In this document: piece by piece, positions 36,983-46,327 of the stretch
Numbering within the stretch: position 1 is the stretch's first letter
Layout of the letters: every line of letters begins with the position of its first letter
Origin: Thaumarchaeota archaeon 13_1_40CM_4_38_7
GTDB taxonomy: Archaea > Thermoproteota > Nitrososphaeria > Nitrososphaerales > Nitrosopumilaceae
Direction: 5' to 3'
DNA: 46,474 nt
Assembly (NCBI GenBank): GCA_001917995.1
Contig: MNFB01000008.1
Span: 1-46,474, forward strand
Translations under genes and position numbers: made by a program
The notes under the pieces: model-generated
The model's database searches: none
What the model saw: only the letters and a program-made list of their open reading frames with translations
Told to the model about the DNA's origin: nothing

Positions 36983-37776
36983 TTACCAAACATCGAAGTT
37001 ATGATATCGTTTACTTTCTGGTATTCCACACTCCCCCATTGGGCATATATGTTAGCAAAAACAATATCTGCTGCTTGCCTAGGTTTCATACCAGAATCAA
37101 GTACCTTGCCAAATGCAATGGTCTCGCGCAGACTTGGTGAATAATACAATTCCTCAACTGCTGCTGCTTGTCTTAAAATATTTGCCAACTTTATACCCTG
37201 TAGAATTTCCTTTTCATGTGAACTAGAAACGTACTTCTTCACTATTTTAAGTTCGATTTCTTCTGGAGGATAATCTAGTTTAATTCTTACTGGGAATCTG
37301 CTTAGTAATTGTGGGGGTAATTCTTTTGTACCAACATGTGATAATGGATTGATTGTTGCAATAACAAACCATCCATTGGCAGCCTCGATTAATTCTCCCC
37401 CTGCTTCCTTTAGAACAATTTGTCTTCTGTCATCTAATGCCTCGTCTAGTCGCAGTAAAACATCGGCCTCTGCAGCGTTTACCTCATCAAGGTAAAGCAT
37501 GCTGCCCTCTTTCATTGATCGTATCAGAATACCATGTTCAAATCCTATTGCACCAGTATGTAACGTCTTGGATCCAATGAGATGACTTTCACGTGTTCTT
37601 AAACTGAAGTTAATTGACTCAAGCTTAGCTACCTTTCTTGTAGCAAACTCCCTCACTAAAGTAGTCTTACCAGTACCTTTAGGCCCTATAATCAGGACAA
37701 ACAAATTGGATTCATACGCTTTGTCTAAAACTTCAAAGGAATTGTTCCAATCTATGTATAACGATTCTGTAAGCAC
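36979..37776 (-). CDS. MoxR-type AAA+ ATPase (CbbQ/NirQ/NorQ subfamily)
   Basis: GPKGTGKT, YLDEVN, ATINP, SRF and S.R motifs. Confidence 0.9.
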   Translation of the reverse strand: MLTESLYIDWNNSFEVLDKAYESNLFVLIIGPKGTGKTTLVREFATRKVAKLESINFSLRTRESHLIGSKTLHTGAIGFEHGILIRSMKEGSMLYLDEVNAAEADVLLRLDEALDDRRQIVLKEAGGELIEAANGWFVIATINPLSHVGTKELPPQLLSRFPVRIKLDYPPEEIELKIVKKYVSSSHEKEILQGIKLANILRQAAAVEELYYSPSLRETIAFGKVLDSGMKPRQAADIVFANIYAQWGSVEYQKVNDIITSMFGN

Positions 37777-37867
37777 AATAGGGTGTGGTTTCTCCTTAAT
37801 TTAAAAATGTCTTATCTCTGGAATAAGGTCGCCAAGTTAATCTTAAAGAGAGTGAGTAATGTAACCA

Positions 37868-38701
37868 ATGGAAAATAAAATTCTATATTCTTGTGGATTA
37901 GTAATTTGTCTAATTGTAACGTCTGGTATTTTGGTTCATATCAATGGAGAGCAATTCCAAATTCCAGCTTGGATTAAAAACATCGCAAGATGGTGGCACG
38001 AAGGAGCAATAGATGATTCAGAATTTGTGAAGGGAATCCAATATCTTATAGAAAACAAAATTATGGTCACACATGTTTCTAACACGAAAATAGTAAAAGA
38101 AAACAAGATACCATTCTGGGTAAAAAATAATGCTGGTTGGTGGGCCAATGGTATTATTTCCGATAATGATTTTGTATCAGCTATTCAATATCTTATCAAT
38201 TCTGGAGTAATAGTGATAAATTCTGATCTAAATTCAACAGGAAATAATCCAGAAACTCAATGTGATAGATTCACTACTCCTGCAGAAAAAGAGACATGTA
38301 TGAAGCAAATTGAATATGATGCCAAGATCAAAAGCGCTATCGAGGAAGCTACCAAGCATGCTATTGGGCCAGTTACCTTCTATTATGTAAACAGCGAATC
38401 ACAGACGGCAGATGATGGAAAAATGTTATTAACTATCCATTTAGTCGTTGAAAATAGTGGCAATCAAGAAATAACAATGACATGCCTGCGACAAGACTCG
38501 TGCAATTATGCATTAAGTGATGGACAAAAGGAAATTCCTTATGCTACTAATACTCTTGTATACGGCAGTCTTACCTTGCCCGCAAAGACTCCTAAATTAG
38601 TAGATTGGACATTTTATGGTATCTTTGACACTTCGAAGGACTATTCATTTTTGATAAAAGAGCCTTGGGGAACTGGTTCTATACCAATAAAAATTCGTTA
38701 A
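37868..38701 (+). CDS. Secreted or surface protein with two thaumarchaeal IPxWxKNxAxWW repeats
   Basis: Signal peptide or TM segment, two ~35-aa repeats and a beta-rich C-terminal domain. Confidence 0.82.
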   Translation: MENKILYSCGLVICLIVTSGILVHINGEQFQIPAWIKNIARWWHEGAIDDSEFVKGIQYLIENKIMVTHVSNTKIVKENKIPFWVKNNAGWWANGIISDNDFVSAIQYLINSGVIVINSDLNSTGNNPETQCDRFTTPAEKETCMKQIEYDAKIKSAIEEATKHAIGPVTFYYVNSESQTADDGKMLLTIHLVVENSGNQEITMTCLRQDSCNYALSDGQKEIPYATNTLVYGSLTLPAKTPKLVDWTFYGIFDTSKDYSFLIKEPWGTGSIPIKIR

Positions 38702-38724
38702 TGAATATCTTAAAAGTGAAAAGC

Positions 38725-40182
38725 CTAGTTTCCTAATTTTGCGTATGACTCGTCTAGAATATGATGAAGGGTTCTATGCCATGCTTCGTAACCATCTGGT
38801 GTTTTTGGGAAATCATGATAATGCTCTGTTAAAATCTTGTTTTGCTGAGCAGTAAATCTTAATCCATCCGCTAATTTCTTGTTTAATGCTCCTCTTATCA
38901 TCATTCCTAGCTTTCCAACTGTCCCAAAGTCAGGATGTTCTCCTTTACTAATTGCATCTACATCCAACTTTGACAAAAAGTGTTTCATTCCATAGTTTAT
39001 CTGCTCGTTTGTTAAAGTTTGAAGTAATCTCCTAAAGATTTCAAGTCCTGCTGTTTTGTAGCCGTAATCATTGATGAAATCTATATTATATTGCCACAAT
39101 GTACCCTCACTAACATCTCCAGATTCTATTGCTTCGACGGCATTCTTACCAATAATTGTGGCTGCAACAATGGCAGGACCAATGCCTCCTGCATCCAATG
39201 GTTTTGGCATCCAGGCAGAATCTCCAACCAACATGTATCCATTTGCAACTAGGCAGTCATTTTGTCTTCTCACTGAAACTTGCCAGTTGCCGGTTGCATT
39301 GATGGAATCACTAGAGTCATCAGATAATCTTGGGTTTTTCAGCGCACTGTTTATCTTAACGTAATCATTTATCAATTTGGTTACATCATCACTCTTTCCA
39401 AGTCTTTCGTTTCTTTTTTGCAGCTCTTTTTGCTGTACTCCAAGTCCAATATTGACCTTGTTTTGGCCCTTGGGAAAAACCCAACCATATCCACCAGGAG
39501 CTATGTCTTGGTCTAAATGTATGATGCAATAGTCTGGATCAAAATCAGTTTTGTCGTCTATACCATGTTCAAATTTCATGATATGTCTTCCCGTAGATTC
39601 AAGATCATCACGATCAATCTTTTTCTCGATTTTGGAGCTTATGGATAGGCCATTACGTAGCATCGAGGTGACACCTGTAGCGTCAATGACTATTTTTGCA
39701 GTTTTTTTGAACGGCTCATTAGTAAGTAGGTTTGTTCCTTCTACGCCAATAACTGTTCCATTCTCATATGACAGATTCCTTAAAGCAACTGAATATTGCA
39801 TGTTTACGCCCATCTTCTTTGCGTCACGAAGTTGGCGTTGCGGAAGCTCTTGCCTGTTTAACATAAAACCATCACCATCAAAGGGGATTGATGTCTCTCT
39901 ATCAGGTGAAAATGCCATTACTCCCTTGACAGGATGTTCGATCTCAGGTTTGCCCCAAGATATTTTGATTCTCTCTGTCATGTAATCAACAGTATTCTTG
40001 CCAACGGCGTCTCCACAAATCCATCCATTTATCGTCTTTTTACCAAGGGTAGGTTCTTGGTTTCTATCTATTACTAGAATTGATAATTTTTGATTGGAAT
40101 AATATGACGCTGACTGAGCTGCAATCATTCCAGCTAAACCTCCACCAGCCACTATGATGTCGTAATCGGTTTTCACAGCCAA
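38725..40182 (-). CDS. Geranylgeranyl reductase family FAD oxidoreductase
   Basis: GGGLAG, ICGDA, DATG, PGGYGWVFPK and LVGDSA..P..AGGI motifs. Confidence 0.88.
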   Translation of the reverse strand: MAVKTDYDIIVAGGGLAGMIAAQSASYYSNQKLSILVIDRNQEPTLGKKTINGWICGDAVGKNTVDYMTERIKISWGKPEIEHPVKGVMAFSPDRETSIPFDGDGFMLNRQELPQRQLRDAKKMGVNMQYSVALRNLSYENGTVIGVEGTNLLTNEPFKKTAKIVIDATGVTSMLRNGLSISSKIEKKIDRDDLESTGRHIMKFEHGIDDKTDFDPDYCIIHLDQDIAPGGYGWVFPKGQNKVNIGLGVQQKELQKRNERLGKSDDVTKLINDYVKINSALKNPRLSDDSSDSINATGNWQVSVRRQNDCLVANGYMLVGDSAWMPKPLDAGGIGPAIVAATIIGKNAVEAIESGDVSEGTLWQYNIDFINDYGYKTAGLEIFRRLLQTLTNEQINYGMKHFLSKLDVDAISKGEHPDFGTVGKLGMMIRGALNKKLADGLRFTAQQNKILTEHYHDFPKTPDGYEAWHRTLHHILDESYAKLGN

Positions 40183-40222
40183 AAAACAGGATCTACTCTA
40201 TTTAAAAGAACCGTATGAAACT

Positions 40223-40305
40223 GGATCAGGTATTTTGGGTCGGTTCGTCGCGGCTTCTTCACAGCTAATGCTCAGACTGGAGCGGCAAAATATTACCTCA
40301 TTCCC
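40223..40305 (-). ncRNA. Candidate C/D-box sRNA, predicted guide for 23S Gm2251-equivalent
   Basis: Minus strand reads GGG-AATGAGG...TGCCGCTCCAGT-CTGA-GC-ATTA-GC-TGTGAAGA...CTGA-TCC, giving two K-turn geometries. TTTAATA (40329-35) lies about 24 nt upstream. Confidence 0.72.
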
Positions 40306-40360
40306 TTTTGTTTTAAGTGTGCGAATACTATTAAACCATACTTCAAAGAATCTGGAATTA

Positions 40361-40789
40361 TTATTCAGTCTTGAGCAGTTTCGTATATGTTTTTGTTAGT
40401 TCATCCTTTTTGTAAATTGGAGTCTTTATCCTGATCTTTACTGCATTATTTTGTTGTAAACTAACCACTCCTCTTACAAGATCGTTTTTACCAACTCTTA
40501 GAAACAGAGCTGAATCCTCAAAATACATGTTAATGTTATCTAATAGATCATCCATCTGAGATTTTGAAACTCTAGAAACAAGATTCTCGACAAAATCCTC
40601 AGCTCGTTTTTTTGTAAGCATGGTCTTCGCAAGAAAGATTGGATTTCCATAATGTCCCAGAATTCTTTCTTGAGAAAACTCGCCTTCTTGTATCTGAAAC
40701 AACTTAAACATTGGCTCAAAGATTTTTTTGCTATCCTCTGTAGCATGAAATATAATTTCTACTGTTACTTCCAGCTGTTTTGCCATCAT
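40361..40789 (-). CDS. DUF54/PAB1135-like RNA-binding protein
   Basis: HATED..K, GHYGNPI and LFLR..K motifs. Start taken at MMAKQ. Confidence 0.85.
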   Translation of the reverse strand: MMAKQLEVTVEIIFHATEDSKKIFEPMFKLFQIQEGEFSQERILGHYGNPIFLAKTMLTKKRAEDFVENLVSRVSKSQMDDLLDNINMYFEDSALFLRVGKNDLVRGVVSLQQNNAVKIRIKTPIYKKDELTKTYTKLLKTE

Positions 40790-40820
40790 CTTATTTTGAT
40801 ATCTTGATTGCCGATTAAAT

Positions 40821-41438
40821 TTATTTAGCCTGCAATAAGGCAATTTCTGCCTCTGCAGTCCTTATAAGTTTGGCCTTCTCTATGCCAACGTGTCTTACAT
40901 GAATTACCTTCTTAACTGCTGCCAAGATGTCTGAATTTATCTTTCCAAATGCTGTGGCTTGGATAAACTGATCTATTGTCATTTCAGGGATTGTCTTTAC
41001 CATGACGTCTTTAGCAATTAATCTTAATGCATGTTTTCTTGATGTATTCAACTTCTTCTGAGTCAAGGCTATGATCTTGATTCTGAAAAGATATCCGTCT
41101 TTAGTTTTAAAATCAGCTATGAAATTAATTAATGAAGAGCCGCGTCTTACAAGACTTCGAAGAAACTCCTTTGCGTATTCGTATCGCTTGAAAATCGAGG
41201 TCGCCGTCTCGCCTTCTACCTTGTTTACTTGAAAATACAACTTGAATTGATGTTGAGAAGGGTCTCCTTTTACAATATCAAACAAAGTTACTTCTACTAC
41301 TCTGCCTACTGCACTTTGGTCATCAGTAATTGGAACATATGCAATAGGTACGTTGTTAAAGGCAGGAGGAGCAAGAACAGTAACCCATTTCTTTTCTCTC
41401 CATTTGTCTTTTACTCTTGCTGTCTTTTGGCGAGCCAA
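40821..41438 (-). CDS. rps3ae: 30S ribosomal protein S3Ae (eS1)
   Basis: KDKW..K.W...AP..F, GR.VE.TL and LRSLVRR motifs. Confidence 0.96.
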   Translation of the reverse strand: MARQKTARVKDKWREKKWVTVLAPPAFNNVPIAYVPITDDQSAVGRVVEVTLFDIVKGDPSQHQFKLYFQVNKVEGETATSIFKRYEYAKEFLRSLVRRGSSLINFIADFKTKDGYLFRIKIIALTQKKLNTSRKHALRLIAKDVMVKTIPEMTIDQFIQATAFGKINSDILAAVKKVIHVRHVGIEKAKLIRTAEAEIALLQAK

Positions 41439-41599
41439 CTATGATCGACCTTTGAAGCCAAAATATAAGTTATATCAATACTTTTCAATCCTACAATTTT
41501 CTACCCAACACACAGCCTTCAACAGAAATACCGAAAGATATAGAGGCGTGCGGAGCTTTTTAGATATAGCATGAATCACATGATTTTTGGGGTAATCTG

Positions 41600-42400
41600 A
41601 TGACAACCAACATTCCATTTATTGCAGATGAGTTTCGAGGTAAACGTGTTCTTGTTACTGGTGGTACCCAAGGGATGGGTAAAGCCATCGTCAGTCGGAT
41701 TTTGCGCGGTGGAGCAAAGGTCATCACTACCGCACGAAATATTCCGACTAACAATAAAGAGACTGAATTGATATTCGTTCAAGCTGATATCAGTACGGCC
41801 GAGGGCTGCACAAAAGTAATCAAGGAGACCCTTTCGCGTTTTGGCGGTGTTGATATTCTCGTGAACGTCGTAGGAGGCTCGTCTGCACCCAGTGGAGGCT
41901 TTGCCTTTTTAAATGATGAGCAGTGGCAGAAAGAATTGAATTTGAATCTTTTACCTTCAGTTCGGCTGGATCGCGGATTACTGCCATCCATGCTCAAACA
42001 AGGTTCTGGCGTCATTATCCATATCTCGTCGATCCAGAGAAGCCTTCCGCTTTTTGAAGCAACTTTAGCTTATGCAGCGGCAAAGGCAGCATTATCAAAT
42101 TACAGCAAGGGACTATCAAAAGAGGTGGGCCCTAAAGGAGTTCGTGTCAACACCATTGCTCCTGGATTCATTGAGACCTCTGCTGCTCAAGCACTTATTG
42201 AGCGCTTAGCCAAGCAAGCTGGAACTGATATGGATACAGCGCGACAGCAATTGATGAAGTCTCTTGGAGGTATTCCAATCGGGCGTCCGGGACGTCCAGA
42301 CGAAGTCGCTGAGCTTGTGGCGTTTCTCGTTTCCGATCGAGCTTCATCGATCAATGGAAGCGAATACGTTATTGACGGAGGCACAATCCCGACTGTCTGA
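41600..42400 (+). CDS. Short-chain dehydrogenase/reductase
   Basis: TGGTQGMG, catalytic S...YAAAK, PGFIET and DGG motifs. Confidence 0.93.
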   Translation: MTTNIPFIADEFRGKRVLVTGGTQGMGKAIVSRILRGGAKVITTARNIPTNNKETELIFVQADISTAEGCTKVIKETLSRFGGVDILVNVVGGSSAPSGGFAFLNDEQWQKELNLNLLPSVRLDRGLLPSMLKQGSGVIIHISSIQRSLPLFEATLAYAAAKAALSNYSKGLSKEVGPKGVRVNTIAPGFIETSAAQALIERLAKQAGTDMDTARQQLMKSLGGIPIGRPGRPDEVAELVAFLVSDRASSINGSEYVIDGGTIPTV

Positions 42401-42474
42401 GCGAAACTAGGAAAGTAAGTATTGGGATGCTGATGGAAACCATAAAATGTGTATATTATAAGTTGTACGACATT

Positions 42475-43737
42475 TTAGATTGTGCTAGCACCAACATACT
42501 TCTGTAAAACCTTTGGAACAGCAACATGACCATCCTTTGTTTGAAAGTTTTCCATTATGGCAACCATTGTCCTAGTAGTAGCTACCAAAGTACTGTTCAG
42601 TGTATGAAGATACTGTGGTTGTTCATCAGTCCTATCCCTAAATCTTATCTTTAATCTTCTAGCTTGAAAGTCAAGGCAGTTGGAACAAGAAACTATCTCG
42701 CGATAGCTGTTCTGTCCAGCTATCCATGCTTCAAGATCATACGTTTTAGCAGAAACTTTTCCCAAATCGCTGCTAGAAAGTAGCATTATTCTATACGGCA
42801 ATTCAATTTTTTGATAGAACTCTTCCACTAAGGATAACAATCTTTCGTGTTCATTCCAAGATTCTTCAGGACGTGAGAAGATAAACTGCTCCACTTTGTC
42901 GAACTGATGAACTCGAAATATTCCCTTTTGGTCTCTACCATGCGCTCCAGCTTCCTTCCTAAAACATGGACTGATCCCAGCATATCTAAGAGGCAGATTT
43001 TTTCCATCGATTATCTCGTCTGAATGCATTGAGGCCACAGCATGTTCAGACGTTCCAATAAGATAGAGATCCTCTCCCTCTACCTTGTAAATCACATCTT
43101 CAAAATCTTGAGCAATTATCGCACCTTCCATTGAGCTCCTGTTTATCAAATATGGTGTCTGTACGAGTGTGTAATTTTTATCAGATAAGAAATCAAGGGA
43201 AAACTGTATTAATGATTGATTCAGCTTGACAAGCTTATTTTTGAGATAATAAAATCTAGCTCCAGCAACCTTGGCCGCTCTTTCTAAATCTACAAGATCA
43301 AGACTTTGTGTTAGCTCTATATGATCTCTAATCTTGAAATCAAAAATTGGGGGCTTTTCCCATTTTTTTATTTCCTTGTTTGCATTCACATCCCTTCCGA
43401 TAGGAACAGAATCATGAATCAAGTTAGGTAATGATAAGGAAAGTTTTGTATAGAGTTCGTCTGCCTTGATCTGTGTTCCTTCCAATTTGCTAAGCTCTTC
43501 AGATACTGATTGCATCTGTTCAATGAGTTTGGTTGCGTCTCCATTTGCTTTCTTTTTTCTTGCAACCTCTAAGGATATTTCATTTCTTTTTTTTCTAAGC
43601 TCGTCTGTTTTTATGATCAAGTCTCTTCTTTCCTTATCTATTTTTATTAGTTGATCAAGAGGAAAGTCAACTGCTCTAGCCTCTAACATCTTTCTTATCT
43701 TATCGGGGTTGTCACGAAGGAGTTTTGGATCAAGCAT
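42475..43737 (-). CDS. serS: Seryl-tRNA synthetase
   Basis: MLD...R, GTSEH, CFRKEAG, FRVHQFDKVEQ and HTLNST motifs. Confidence 0.97.
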   Translation of the reverse strand: MLDPKLLRDNPDKIRKMLEARAVDFPLDQLIKIDKERRDLIIKTDELRKKRNEISLEVARKKKANGDATKLIEQMQSVSEELSKLEGTQIKADELYTKLSLSLPNLIHDSVPIGRDVNANKEIKKWEKPPIFDFKIRDHIELTQSLDLVDLERAAKVAGARFYYLKNKLVKLNQSLIQFSLDFLSDKNYTLVQTPYLINRSSMEGAIIAQDFEDVIYKVEGEDLYLIGTSEHAVASMHSDEIIDGKNLPLRYAGISPCFRKEAGAHGRDQKGIFRVHQFDKVEQFIFSRPEESWNEHERLLSLVEEFYQKIELPYRIMLLSSSDLGKVSAKTYDLEAWIAGQNSYREIVSCSNCLDFQARRLKIRFRDRTDEQPQYLHTLNSTLVATTRTMVAIMENFQTKDGHVAVPKVLQKYVGASTI

Positions 43738-43979
43738 TAGTTAGTCACTTTAAGTATAACTTGGGTTTGTTCAAGAACTTCATCAATAGTAGAAATCAGT
43801 GTTCGTATATTTCCTTTACCTTCGAAGATAAACACTAAAGTGGTTCCAACATGCTCTATTCTAAAAGAAAGATCTTTTGGAAAATCTACGTTATCAGGTT
43901 CCAAAGCTTTTCTGATAGCTTCCGCTTTTTTCTCTGACAGATTATTTAGAAACACTTGAACTTTGCATTCTAGAGACAT
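43737..43979 (-). CDS. pcc1: KEOPS complex Pcc1-like subunit
   Basis: 80 aa with A.AI.KAL.PD, located in the conserved rps15-DHH-pcc1-serS cluster. Confidence 0.75.
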   Translation of the reverse strand: MSLECKVQVFLNNLSEKKAEAIRKALEPDNVDFPKDLSFRIEHVGTTLVFIFEGKGNIRTLISTIDEVLEQTQVILKVTN

Positions 43980-45360
43980 TTTCTTCCAAGTAATCTAGAA
44001 ATTCGTCTAATTTGTCTTTAGTAATTCTAGCTCCAGCTGCTGCGTTATGTCCGCCCCCAACACCAGAGACTCTTGCTGCACAATCACGCATCAGCAATCC
44101 CAAGTTTACCTCCGATTTGCATCCTGTTGATTTGCGAGATGAGAACTTGATTGTGCCTTCTTCACCATTTGTCCTAAGTATGATTATTTTGCCTGCATTC
44201 TTCTGTGAACCACCTAGTAGCGAAGATACTGCACCTGTCATGTTTTCTGGTACAAGCCCTTCGCCATTTACAAGAACGTAGGAACCATTGTCTGTGATCC
44301 TCCATCTCTCGCTTGAAAGTGTATTCATATAATTTCTCAAGAAGGTTCTATATTCTACCAATATGTTCTCACCTTCTTGCAACATCTTTGTTCTATCGCC
44401 CATACAGATTGCAACTCCGACACCAGCCTTGCGAATTCTTCCACATGAATTTAACATGGTTGAAAACTCTCTGGCATCTCGCAAAAAGCTTCTCTTGTCT
44501 TCACCTAAGAGTGTATATGTATATCCAATAAGTTCGTCAACTATATCAGTTGCGTTTTTACTAGGTATGAATTTAGATATAGTTTGAAGAAGAATTCGCT
44601 TTTCATCTTCTGTTAGTTCTGCTGGAACACGCCATCTACTTCCTTCTTTTAATTTTATTCCTGATGAATTTAGTAATGAAAGACATGCGTCACGATTCCA
44701 GGTAAGGCCTTCTATGAAAGGTTGTGAAGTAAATGCAAGGGCGTCAGTAAGAGGTCTCGTCTCCCTACCACCAAGTAAAATATCTAGATCAATTTCTAAT
44801 TGATTGTTCTTTTTTGCCGTAGCAGCAATTTCGAGATTAATTCCGGTAAATGATTTCTTTTCTCCCTGATCCTGTCTATCTCCCAATGCTGCAACTACTG
44901 CAATCCATGCCAAATCAGTATTTTCTTTATGAAGAGCTTTTGAAACGAGATATGCCATACCACCTGCTGAAACATCTAGGCCACCATCTATATCGTATTT
45001 CCAAGCATTGATGACTCTTTCATTGTCAAATTCTTCCTGTGGAATTTGGTGATGATCAACTGCTATCCAATTATTATCTAAAACATTATCAAGATACTTT
45101 GCAAAACCACCCCCAAGATCAGTTATGATATGAAATTGTCTCGAGTCATTTTTGAGCTTGTCAATTAAATTCTTACTAAACTCATTTACAGTTTTGAGAG
45201 TACACTTGGCACCTGATCTGATAAGAGACTTGGTTACTATACTTCCAGAGGTAATTCCATCGCAATCAAGATGAGTTATTACAGAAATATTTTTTCCCGC
45301 TCTTATGCAATCAGAAGCCTTATCATGAAAATAGGATAATGCTAGATCAAGCTTGGTCAT
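43942..45360 (-). CDS. DHH/DHHA1 family phosphoesterase (RecJ/GAN-like)
   Basis: HLDCDG, TDLG, VDHH, GD.Q and GGGH..AAG motifs. Confidence 0.9.
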   Translation of the reverse strand: MTKLDLALSYFHDKASDCIRAGKNISVITHLDCDGITSGSIVTKSLIRSGAKCTLKTVNEFSKNLIDKLKNDSRQFHIITDLGGGFAKYLDNVLDNNWIAVDHHQIPQEEFDNERVINAWKYDIDGGLDVSAGGMAYLVSKALHKENTDLAWIAVVAALGDRQDQGEKKSFTGINLEIAATAKKNNQLEIDLDILLGGRETRPLTDALAFTSQPFIEGLTWNRDACLSLLNSSGIKLKEGSRWRVPAELTEDEKRILLQTISKFIPSKNATDIVDELIGYTYTLLGEDKRSFLRDAREFSTMLNSCGRIRKAGVGVAICMGDRTKMLQEGENILVEYRTFLRNYMNTLSSERWRITDNGSYVLVNGEGLVPENMTGAVSSLLGGSQKNAGKIIILRTNGEEGTIKFSSRKSTGCKSEVNLGLLMRDCAARVSGVGGGHNAAAGARITKDKLDEFLDYLEENVSRMQSSSVSK

Positions 45361-45809
45361 TACTCAAGTTGAGCGATGACTGCCTTATATTTCCAAGTTT
45401 TAGGGATGCGACCAATCTCTTTGTAATATGAAGATAGCCTGTGAACTTTAGCTTCTAAGAGTTCAAGCGATCTGACATTTCTTCTGTCTGATTTGTTAGC
45501 CCTTAGGTGTTTCTGTAATCCAAGCGATTTTGTGACCAAGTTGTTGAGGTCTTCAGGCATATCTGGCTTGACTCCCTTTTGTTCAAGAATCTCAGTTACG
45601 GATTTTTTGACAATCTGTCGGGTAAGTGGAATTGCGTATTGATCACGCAACTTTATTCCAATCTCGCTTGGCTTAAGACCCTCTTTTGCGTATTTTACTA
45701 CAAGTTCTTCTACTTCGTCAGAAGTTTGCTTCACCCAAGTGGGGGCACTAGGAGTAACAGGTCTTATCGAATGTGACTTGCCGTGTCTATGTGAATGAAC
45801 TCGTCCCAC
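45360..45809 (-). CDS. rps15: 30S ribosomal protein S15 (uS15/S13e)
   Basis: G.S.S.RP, PS.IG..LRD, PEDL and E.K..RL..YY motifs. Confidence 0.97.
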   Translation of the reverse strand: MGRVHSHRHGKSHSIRPVTPSAPTWVKQTSDEVEELVVKYAKEGLKPSEIGIKLRDQYAIPLTRQIVKKSVTEILEQKGVKPDMPEDLNNLVTKSLGLQKHLRANKSDRRNVRSLELLEAKVHRLSSYYKEIGRIPKTWKYKAVIAQLE

Positions 45810-45917
45810 GACCCGCTAACTTTCTAAGGAAACATAAATGTTACTTGGCAGCTCCAACCTTGAAACCTACATAAAAGTTAAATAGCAATAGACTTGATTC
45901 TCAGATAGGTGCTAAAT

Positions 45918-46229
45918 ATGAAAAAACCAATAATTATTGGAACCGTACTGTTGGCTCTCTTTGTAGCCTCATCATTTGCTCCATTAGCTGCGGCTCAGAA
46001 CCCGGGTTATGGTGGAGGTAGTCAATCTACACTAGAAGAGGATCTAAAGCTAGCAAAAGCAAGACTTGTTGCAGTACAGAAGAATCCGCACGCAGGTTCT
46101 GGAACTCCATTCCTTGATGCAGGCGGTGTTATAGGTGCGTCAGTTATTGCAGGTGCAGTGTTTGGCGGAATTTTTGTAGCCTTCGTATGGCGAGCAAAGC
46201 AAGCGGAAAGAGCAAGACGGGCTCGTTAA
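45918..46229 (+). CDS. Small membrane-anchored protein with signal peptide, C-terminal TM and basic tail
   Basis: MKKPII...AAA signal-like N-terminus, Gly-rich TM segment and downstream T-rich tract. Confidence 0.75.
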   Translation: MKKPIIIGTVLLALFVASSFAPLAAAQNPGYGGGSQSTLEEDLKLAKARLVAVQKNPHAGSGTPFLDAGGVIGASVIAGAVFGGIFVAFVWRAKQAERARRAR

Positions 46230-46327
46230 TTCTTCTCTTTTTCTTATTTTATTCTAAGCTCTCTAGCGTGTCTAATTCTTGAAACACTCACAGAAATGTA
46301 TATATCGCACCTAAATTGTTTTGAATA

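Noticed and set aside
279-45776. Many 60-144-aa ORFs antisense to or nested in known genes
   Set aside because: They are shadow ORFs of well-supported genes and carry no motifs.
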